DNA from: Carpediemonas membranifera BICM
Lineage: Eukaryota > Protista > Fornicata
Length of the DNA: 64,000 nt
Assembly (NCBI GenBank): GCA_019828565.1
Contig: JAHDYR010000064.1
Coordinates: forward strand, 789,162 to 853,161
Direction: 5' to 3'
Positions within the stretch are counted from its first letter, which is position 1. Each line of letters opens with the position of its first letter. Shown in pieces: positions 56,156 to 64,000 of the stretch. The notes beneath the pieces are model-generated. The model was given only the letters and a program-made list of their open reading frames with translations, ran no database searches and was not told where the DNA came from. The translations under genes were made by a program, and so were the position numbers.

Positions 56156-58231
56156 CTAACGTCTTGGGCACGCCGGTGAAATGTCGTAGGTGCCGTCTCT
56201 GATTACCCAGCCGAGGAACTCGACCTCACGCCCAAATTGACACTTCTCCCGGTTGAGCTGCAACTTGGTCTCCTTAGCCCTGAGCAGCACCTTGCGGAGG
56301 TTTGAAAGATACTCCGCCTCGGTCGCGCCGAAGACGATGACGTCGTCGATATATATGTAGCATGCTGACCCGACCAGACCTCGGAACGCCTTCTCCATAG
56401 CTCTCTGGAAATGAGCTCCAGCATTGCGGAGTCCGAACGGCATGCGTCTGTACTGGAATTGGCCTAGTTGCGTAGTGAACGCGGTGTACTTTCTGCACCG
56501 CTCCGACAGGGCGACCTGATGATATCCTGCGGATAAATCGAGTGTGGCGAACACCTTCATGCCGGAGAGCTGGGCTAAAACTTCGTCTATTCGCGGTATC
56601 GGGTAGTCAAACGGCGCTGTCATCGCGTTGACCTCCCTGAAGTCGACTACGAACCTAGTCTTGCCTCCCTTCTTCGGCACCGTCATGGCAGGGCTGGCGT
56701 ACTCACTCTGGCACGCTTCGATATACCTCTTCGCGAGCAGAACGTCGAGGTGCTCCTTGATGACATGAACCTTCTGCTGCGGGATGTAGTAGGGTCTGGC
56801 GTTGACCACTCTGTTGCCTGAGAGGATCAGATCGTACGGCTCGAGGACACTCGGCTCGTCTCGGTCCAGGAACAGTGAGTTGAACTCCTTGATGATACGC
56901 GCCTGTTCGTCGGCTGTATCTGCGCTGAGTTGATACACGGCTGCCTGTTGTTTGGTGGCTTGCGGGATCGATGCGTCTGGTCCCTCGAGTTGGGTGTCTT
57001 GGCCCACGCGGGGCATGATACCTAAATCCACCATATCTGGGTACCCGAGGATCATATCGAAGTCCGTGTCTAGTACCAGGCACGTGATCTGGCATGAACA
57101 CTGTCTGGGTGTAAACGCCGAGGGTAGCAGCTTGATGTCAGTCGTCACCACGCCTTGGGAACACTTTCGGCCGTTGGCCGTCTGCACGTCTGGGTTGTGG
57201 TTGGGGCTGTCGCGCTTCATGCCTTTCGCTAACTTTGAGTGAATGACGGACACGTTCGCGCCTGAGTCTAACAGGATGGAGATTACGGTCTGCTGGAACT
57301 TGGCCTTGACTAGGGGAAGGTTAGCTGAGGAATGCATCTTCTGTAGTGAAAGAACGTAGAGGGGCTGTTTACCCCGGCAGAACTTCTCCAGGTGACCTTC
57401 CCGACCGCAGGCTGAACACTTATGCTTCGGGACTGGGCATTTGTGCCATGGGTGGCCCGACTTGCCACAGTTGAAACACGTGTAGGTGTCGAACTTCTTC
57501 TTGCGATCCGTGTGGTTGCGTGTGTCGAGTCGCTTCATGTCCTTCTTCGCTTCGGAATGTTGGTGGCTCTCATGGGTACCGTGGTTCAACGGTTGACTGT
57601 CACGTTTCGGCTTGTGCTGGTTAAAGCGTTGATGTTTGTTAGAGACAGGTTGATCGCCAAAGGCTTCGGTGATCTCCCTGCTCTCCTGAACATCGCGGCT
57701 CATGGCCAGGACCTTGGGCATGGCTTCGAGCAACGCTTTGCCCTCGATCAGCTCTTTGACGCGGTACATTGTGCGGGAGCTAGAACCGAACTTGAAGCAC
57801 CGCGCGTACGTCTCTCTCAGGACCTCTTCGGACGAGTCTGGCTGCACCACGGCTAAGAGCGTAGTGAACTTACGGTTGATCTTCACGACCTCGGCAGGGG
57901 AGAAGTTAGCGGCGCGCGCTCGGAACAGCTCTAGGCGCGCGATCTCCCTGGTGGGACGAAGTGTCCTACCCAAGCGTTTGACCACGAATAGGTCGCGAGC
58001 TTTGCGCTTCTGCTGAGATGCCTTCTTGACGATGAGAGGGACGCTCTCTTCGCCATCAGATTCGTCACCAATCGTGTCTGTGACGTAATCGTGAATGGTC
58101 TTATCCACAAGTAGATCAATGTCTTGTTTTCCGCCCAACGCCCGGTAGTCCGAGAGTTCGTCCACGAACTTGATCAACGCGGGCATCGTTGGAGCTTTCA
58201 ACAACGGGGGAGTTACCTTTCTACTCTCCAT
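56156..58231 (-). CDS. Family B gag-protease-RT
   Basis: CFNCGKSGHPWHKC, CSACGREGHLEKFC, LLDSGA, LDLSAGYHQ, MPFGL, YIDD. Confidence 0.9.
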   Translation of the reverse strand: MESRKVTPPLLKAPTMPALIKFVDELSDYRALGGKQDIDLLVDKTIHDYVTDTIGDESDGEESVPLIVKKASQQKRKARDLFVVKRLGRTLRPTREIARLELFRARAANFSPAEVVKINRKFTTLLAVVQPDSSEEVLRETYARCFKFGSSSRTMYRVKELIEGKALLEAMPKVLAMSRDVQESREITEAFGDQPVSNKHQRFNQHKPKRDSQPLNHGTHESHQHSEAKKDMKRLDTRNHTDRKKKFDTYTCFNCGKSGHPWHKCPVPKHKCSACGREGHLEKFCRGKQPLYVLSLQKMHSSANLPLVKAKFQQTVISILLDSGANVSVIHSKLAKGMKRDSPNHNPDVQTANGRKCSQGVVTTDIKLLPSAFTPRQCSCQITCLVLDTDFDMILGYPDMVDLGIMPRVGQDTQLEGPDASIPQATKQQAAVYQLSADTADEQARIIKEFNSLFLDRDEPSVLEPYDLILSGNRVVNARPYYIPQQKVHVIKEHLDVLLAKRYIEACQSEYASPAMTVPKKGGKTRFVVDFREVNAMTAPFDYPIPRIDEVLAQLSGMKVFATLDLSAGYHQVALSERCRKYTAFTTQLGQFQYRRMPFGLRNAGAHFQRAMEKAFRGLVGSACYIYIDDVIVFGATEAEYLSNLRKVLLRAKETKLQLNREKCQFGREVEFLGWVIRDGTYDISPACPRR

Positions 58232-58368
58232 AGGCTTGGATTAGATCTAATATGCTCCTACTGGAGGAGGGAAAGAACTTTAATAAAGAGAAAACCCAAT
58301 GGTTGCAAATATGGTGTAATCTATAAGTCATAAACTATGTAAGTATTGGGTAAGACCCACTACACCCC

Positions 58369-60275
58369 AACATGCGAGAACTCCTCAACCTCGCGTCGGG
58401 CTGCACACGCTTTGCGACGCTAGACCTGACGTCGGGCTACTGGCAGGTGGCCATGCACCCAGACGACGTGCCTAAGACGGCCTTCACCGCCCCGGGCGTC
58501 TACGAGGAATTCCTCAGGATGCCGTTCGGCCTTTGCAACGCGCCTTCTCACTTCCAGCGGGAGATCGAAGGCATGCTCGCCCCACTGTTGTACAAGGGCG
58601 CCAACCCCTACATCGACGACATATTCATCTACGCCCGTGACGATGACTCCTTCCTACGCATTCTCCGCGACCTGCTCACACGCGCGGACGCTGCAGGCGT
58701 TCAGTTCAGCGCCAAGAAGGGAGTCTTCGGCACCACCAGCGCCAAGATTGTCGGCTTTACGGTCGACCAGGCCGGAGTACACGTCGACCCAGCCAGGACC
58801 CAAGCCCTACGCGATCTACCTGCACCCACCAACGTCCACGAGCTTCGCGTAGTCCTCGGACAGTTCCAGTACCTCGCATCATTCGTTCCCCATATACGAC
58901 ACGAGTACATGAGACCTCTCAACGATCTTCTGCAAAAGGACCGTCTGTGGGAATGGACAGCGGAGCACGACGCCGCTTTCGACGGCCTGAAGACCCTGTT
59001 CACTGACGATCTCTTTATCGCACATCCGGACGCCGACGCCGACTGGACGCTCGAGACAGACGCTAGCAACATCGGAGCAGGCGGCGTACTATGGCAGACA
59101 AAGGACGACAAGACACAGGTCCTCGCCTACTTCTCTCACACATTCACGTCAACCCAGTCGCGCTGGGCCACGTGTGAGCAGGAGCTATTTGCCATTGTCT
59201 TTTGCCTTACACACCCGACCCTGTCACCCCTCCTACGCCTGAAGAGGTTCCTCCTACGGACCGACCACCGTAATCTTATTTACATGATCGCCAAGTCATC
59301 CGAGAACGACAAGATCAACCGGTGGAGACTGACATTAGCAGACTACAAGTTCGATTTCGAGCACGTTCCCGGCCTACAGAACGCAGTCGCAGACGCGCTG
59401 AGCCGCTGCGGTCACTCGACCTCGCCCACTGTCGCAGCCATCACGACTGACTCCCGCTACCATGACACACTCATCAAACACCAGACAGACGACTCTACCG
59501 TCTCCAAGCTGACCGTAGACAGCGACGGTCTTCGCCGCAAGGACGGCCTCGTCGTCATCCCTACTTCAACCGTGTGCAGACCCCTCCGAAAGGAGCTGAT
59601 ACAGATCGCCCACAGAGGACACCACGGCGCCAAGGCTACCATCGAACGCCTGAGAGCAGACGGCTATACCTGGACAGGCTGCACAGCAGATGTCGAGGAG
59701 TTCATCGCCTCATGTGACGAGTGCCAGAAAGCTCGCCTACGCAACTTCGCCGAGGCAGAGCTCCGCACAACAGCAGTGTACAAACCGTTCCACACTGTCG
59801 CAGTGGATACTATTGGTCCAATCCCGGCAGACGCAGTCGGCTCCAGATACATCACAGTTATGGTCGATATGTTTACTCGCTACACTGAGTTGGCCGCGAC
59901 GGACGAGAACACAGCTGATGCAGCGTCAGAGGCCCTCTGGCGCCAGGTGATTACCCGTCATGGGACTCCCCTGTTCATCAAGTCCGACAACGGGCCTGAG
60001 TTCACCGGCAACGTCGTCAAGGCCCTGCTCGAAAGCGCGGACATCACCCAGCAATTCACCCTCCCCTACCACCCTCAGTCGAATGGGCTGGTAGAGCGTC
60101 GTAACGCGGAGGTCATGAAGCATCTTCGCTGTTTGATCCTCCAATTCGACAAGTTCTCCCGTTGGAGCGACCTCCTTCCGGTAGTTCAGCTGCTGCTGAA
60201 CACAACCACCTGCAGCGCCACTGGGGTCACACCCCACGCCATGCTGTATGGAGACCAACTCGACCCCAGCTCCAC
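58369..60275 (+). CDS. Family C RT-RNase H-integrase
   Basis: LDLTSGYWQ, MPFGLCNAP, YIDD, ETDAS, H.GH...CDEC, VDTIG, SDNGPEF, NGLVERRN. Confidence 0.9.
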
Positions 60276-60378
60276 TGTCACCGGTCTATAAACTGCTCCG
60301 TCCAGTTTTGACCACTTTTACCCCGCTGCGGTTTACTGTAAATGATTTCAACCGACAATACTAGTATTAGCTGTGCTG

Positions 60379-61284
60379 ATGTCGTTAACTGTTCAAATTC
60401 CTGAGCTTTCTCCTTCAAATCTAACACTAGAGACTCTTGAGGAGTTTGAGCGCCGAGCAACGATTTTTACTATACAAAACCCAAGCATCCCACTGTCCGT
60501 CCTCATTGAGGAGTCATTTGCCCTCGAACTCAAGGCCGAAGGCATAGACACATCCGACAAGAACTACACTCTCAAGAACTTCACCGAATGGTGTCGCCAG
60601 CGGCTCCTTCCCCACTCCATCCTAGCACTCGTCGAAGAGCTCCAAGACCTTCGTTTCCCCATGGTGCCGAGCACCGCACGCAACTTCGAAGCTGGCACGA
60701 GACTACAAGCGGCAGCATTCCGCAAGCGTATCGAGCTCTACTCCAAGACGCCAGACCCAGAAGGGTTCTTGGACCCCATCGACGACAACCCCAATGCCGA
60801 CGAACTGCTCGCAAGCTTTGATAAGCTGGCTGCACGGCTCTTCAGGGAGTCCCTGAACCCGACAGCATTCCGCAAGAAGGCACAGACCTTGCTTGCTCTC
60901 CACAACGTCAAGACCTTCGAGGACACCGTAGCGGTGGCTCTTAGGGCTGCTAGGGCGTATGACCATGATCAACCCCTCTCGCAAACCCCGGCCGGCGGAC
61001 CCAAGGCCCCGGCCCAGGCCAGGAAGGCCCAGTACCGCCCGGACGCGGCCAAGCGCCCGCCGGCCGACGGACCCAAGAAGCCGTCGCGCCCCTGTCGTTT
61101 CTGTGGCGGTCCCCACATGGACTTCAGATGCGATAAGCACCCCCGCTACAGCGAGAACAACAACGCCGACAGCGCGTCGACTAACGAGAAGGGCGGGAAG
61201 GGTCCACTGACGACCCCCGCTACTGTAAAAAGGCAAAACTTACTCGTTCGTTGTAGACACTGGTGCAAGCCGAAGCTTCATTAG
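60379..61284 (+). CDS. Family D gag
   Basis: ORF 21 nt after the LTR with a Cys/His knuckle; a homopolymer indel near 61226 separates it from the protease. Confidence 0.75.
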   Translation: MSLTVQIPELSPSNLTLETLEEFERRATIFTIQNPSIPLSVLIEESFALELKAEGIDTSDKNYTLKNFTEWCRQRLLPHSILALVEELQDLRFPMVPSTARNFEAGTRLQAAAFRKRIELYSKTPDPEGFLDPIDDNPNADELLASFDKLAARLFRESLNPTAFRKKAQTLLALHNVKTFEDTVAVALRAARAYDHDQPLSQTPAGGPKAPAQARKAQYRPDAAKRPPADGPKKPSRPCRFCGGPHMDFRCDKHPRYSENNNADSASTNEKGGKGPLTTPATVKRQNLLVRCRHWCKPKLH

Positions 61285-61318
61285 TTCGAAGGCACTACGT
61301 ACCCTACCCAAGGACACA

Positions 61319-63142
61319 GTGCAGACCTCTCTCGAGGAAAAGATCAAGGTCACGCTAGGAGACGGACGCTCCCTCGTGACAGATCAAGCAGTCACATTTA
61401 AGGCAGCATTCCCAGCACTAGGTGTCACACCGTTGGAGGTTACATGGAAGTACTACGTACTCCCCGGTGAGTTCTTCAAGGCTCTCATCGGGTGTGACTT
61501 GCTGAGGTCACTCGCACTCATTGGCGATGGCACACTCAACCTTAACCTGCACAAGCTCTCCTCAATTGAGGAGGACGAGGACTGGCTGCCGTTCTACCAT
61601 GAATATCTCACGGAGGACGCAAACATGGCGATAACCGACGACTACTGTGGTGTCCACGTCCCGGAGTCGAAGATCCGACCCGAGATTCTCGAGATAATCA
61701 ACTCATTTGACGATATCTTCGAGGAAGAACTACCCAAGGAAGGGTCTCGACTGGAACCCATGTCGATTGAACTGATAGACGAGCGGGCAATTGTACAATG
61801 CCGCGCTCGCAGACTCGACCCAGTGACCCAAGGCCTGGTGTCGACAGAGCTAGAACAACTCAGGCGAGACGGGATAATCCAGGACTCGACTGGGCCGTAC
61901 AGCTCGCCGATCGTAGTAGTCAGGCAGGGCCACAAAGGATCGACCAAGATCCGTCTTTGCATTGACTACAAGGAGTTAAACTCCAAGACAGTGAGGGATA
62001 ACTTCCCCCTGCCTAACACGCGCGAGTTTGTAGACCGAGCATCAGGCTGCAAATACTTTGCAGGCCTAGACCTCAGACAAGGCTACTACCAGATGCGGAT
62101 GCACGAGGAAGATATCCCCAAAACCGCTTTTGTCACTCCAGACGCATACTGCGAGTTCACCAGATGTCCATTCGGCCTGATGAACGCCCCGGCGAGATTC
62201 CAACGCGCCATGCAGAAGGCGTTCGCCGAGGTCCTCCACAAAGGGGTGGACATCTATCTTGACGACATCTTGATTTACGCCAAGACCGAGGCCCAGTTTC
62301 TCACCCTGATCAAAACCGTCTTCAGGATCTGTAGACATTATTCACTGCGCCTTAAAGGCCCGAAGTGCACGATAGGCTCAGCACACGTCGAGGCCGTCGG
62401 GTATATTGTCTCGGAGAAGGGGAAACAACTTGCCCCAGAGAAGGTAGAGGCGGTAAACGCCATACCGCTCCCGTCCACCGCAAAGGAGCTTCAGAGGACA
62501 CTGGGATCATTCAACTATGTCGCCCAGTTCGTCCCGGACTCATCACGAATCCTCAAACCTCTCAACGAGATGCTAACGGCACAGGAGAACTCAAAGAACA
62601 TAACTTGGAACCCCAAACAAGAAGAGGCGTTTACAACGTTCAAGGAGAGACTCAGCTCAGACACAGTCCTCCATTTCCCCGACTTCTCAAAGAAGTGGAC
62701 CCTCGAGACGGACGCGTCGAACGACGGACTAGGGGGCATTCTGTTCCAAGAAGACGACTCCGGCAACCGAGAGATCGTCTCGCTCTTCGCAAAGTGTCAT
62801 ACGCCAACCCAGACTAGGTGGCCGACCTACGAACAAGAGCTTCATGCTATCATCTTTTGTCTCACGAGACCTGACATGGCTCAACTTTTCCGCCTCAAGG
62901 ACAACATACAGATCCGCACCGACCACCAGAATCTGGTATATCTCATGCAGAGGAAGGAGCTTTCCAAGAAACTCCTCAGGTGGACGTCTGTCTTGTCGGA
63001 CTACAACATTACGATCGAGCATATTGCTGGAGAGACAAACAAGATGGCAGACATGCTGTCGCGTATCCTTCCCCGAGGGGGACCTCGGGCCGCAGCTGAA
63101 CCTGCTAGAGGCGGAGGACGCCGGCCCAGGGCTGACCCTTGA
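61319..63142 (+). CDS. Family D pol (protease C-terminus, RT, RNase H)
   Basis: YSSPIVVV, RLCIDY, LDLRQGYYQ, PFGLMNAP, YLDD, ETDAS, TDHQNL. Confidence 0.88.
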   Translation: MQTSLEEKIKVTLGDGRSLVTDQAVTFKAAFPALGVTPLEVTWKYYVLPGEFFKALIGCDLLRSLALIGDGTLNLNLHKLSSIEEDEDWLPFYHEYLTEDANMAITDDYCGVHVPESKIRPEILEIINSFDDIFEEELPKEGSRLEPMSIELIDERAIVQCRARRLDPVTQGLVSTELEQLRRDGIIQDSTGPYSSPIVVVRQGHKGSTKIRLCIDYKELNSKTVRDNFPLPNTREFVDRASGCKYFAGLDLRQGYYQMRMHEEDIPKTAFVTPDAYCEFTRCPFGLMNAPARFQRAMQKAFAEVLHKGVDIYLDDILIYAKTEAQFLTLIKTVFRICRHYSLRLKGPKCTIGSAHVEAVGYIVSEKGKQLAPEKVEAVNAIPLPSTAKELQRTLGSFNYVAQFVPDSSRILKPLNEMLTAQENSKNITWNPKQEEAFTTFKERLSSDTVLHFPDFSKKWTLETDASNDGLGGILFQEDDSGNREIVSLFAKCHTPTQTRWPTYEQELHAIIFCLTRPDMAQLFRLKDNIQIRTDHQNLVYLMQRKELSKKLLRWTSVLSDYNITIEHIAGETNKMADMLSRILPRGGPRAAAEPARGGGRRPRADP

Positions 63143-64000
63143 GTTGATCCAGGCTGCCCAGGCCATGGCACCTGGAGTCAACTCGAGTCGGCTGGGAGAA
63201 ACTAGAGGGAGTATCCATCGAAAACTCGATCTACTTCAAGGACGGAGTGCCGATTATCCCCAAGGGAGAGACACGCGACAAGGCCCTTCGGACCGCTCAC
63301 CAATTTCATACGGGAGCAAATTCAACGTTCCAAGCACTCGCCACGTCTGCATTTTGGCCGGGGATGCTCTTGGACGTCAAAAAGCACATCAAGACGTGCC
63401 CCATTTGTCTGAAGACTCGCATCAAGGACTACTTTATCGCCCAAAAGGGCCAGACAAGACGCACCAGACCATGGGAGACAGTGGCAGTCGACACAATTGG
63501 CCCTCTCCCAACGGATTCGCTGGGCGCTCGCTACATCATTGTGGCTGTAACTGTGACATGTTTACAAGATACACCGAGCTCGTCGCAGTCGCATCGATCG
63601 ACGCCGAGACCTCCGCCAGGGCCCTATGGGACCACGTTTTCACGCGACACGGGATACCGGCGGAGATTCTGTCCGACGGCGGCCCGGAGTACGCGAACTC
63701 GATAGTTGAACAACTCACAACGTCATTGAAAGTCGCACACCACTTCACCATCCCGTTTCATCCACAGAGCAATGGTCTCGTGGAGAGAAGGAATGCGGAG
63801 ATTGGAAGACACCTACGGTGGCTTGTCCTGGCAATAGCCTACAAAGACCAGTGGTGCGGACTCTTACCGACGGTCCAGATGATTATCAACGGCACGACAC
63901 ATACGGCCACGAAGTTCTCCCCGCACGAGCTGATATTTGGCCATGAGCACAACATGTTTACAAGCTGGTGGACGAACGACAACAACTCTCCGATCAGAGA

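Larger units (their letters stand above)
50060..58364 (-). mobile_element. Ty3/Gypsy family B element with 114-bp LTRs (50060-50173, 58251-58364), containing A2
   Basis: Identical LTRs TGTA...CATA, 4-bp TSD CCCC, PPT GAAGGGGCAG, gag with two CCHC knuckles, PR, RT, RH, IN. Confidence 0.93.
48020..60275 (+). mobile_element. Ty3/Gypsy family C element, split by B (50060-58364) and interrupted by D at 60276
   Basis: Putative 61-bp 5' LTR 48020-48080 (TGT...ACA), gag from 48097, PR ILIDSGS, RT YRLCIDY...PPIP continuing as NMRELL at 58369. The 3' LTR is outside the window. Confidence 0.88.
60276..64000 (+). mobile_element. Ty3/Gypsy family D element, running off the window
   Basis: Putative 82-bp 5' LTR 60276-60357 (TGTC...GACA), gag from 60379 (CRFCGGPHMDFRC), PR VVDTGA, RT YLDD, RH, IN with frameshifts. 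Confidence 0.88.

Noticed and set aside
63544-63560. 5-bp excess in the D integrase (GCTGTAACTGTGAC) as an excision footprint
   Set aside because: It is not a perfect duplication and cannot be told apart from a sequencing error.

Overview
Eukaryotic, gene-dense DNA from a flagellated protist. It has 29-34 nt spliceosomal introns, ciliary genes and a cathepsin B lacking the occluding loop; a fornicate/metamonad origin is an inference. Bases 1-26.6 kb hold housekeeping genes (EndoV, CCX exchanger, Hsp70, C2H2 factor, aldose epimerase), two tRNAs and a 3.9-kb inverted duplication of an Mx-like dynamin plus cathepsin B pair. Bases 27-46 kb hold a chromodomain-type Ty3/Gypsy element and three kinesin loci. 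Bases 47-64 kb are nested copies of four Ty3/Gypsy families. Two observations stand out. (1) A 399-aa PI-SceI/VMA-like intein sits in the Walker A loop (GSGK|T) of a kinesin motor, with both LAGLIDADG catalytic aspartates lost. It is present twice, and the neighbouring intein-free kinesin-8 has an intron 5 nt from the equivalent site. (2) All four LTR families have very short LTRs (61-117 bp) and no tRNA primer-binding site. Each instead has a different perfect 10-12 bp palindrome starting on the last LTR base, which suggests a tRNA-independent priming or dimerisation mechanism. Most frameshifts in repeated sequence are single-base homopolymer indels and may be assembly errors. All calls were made by eye, without database searches.
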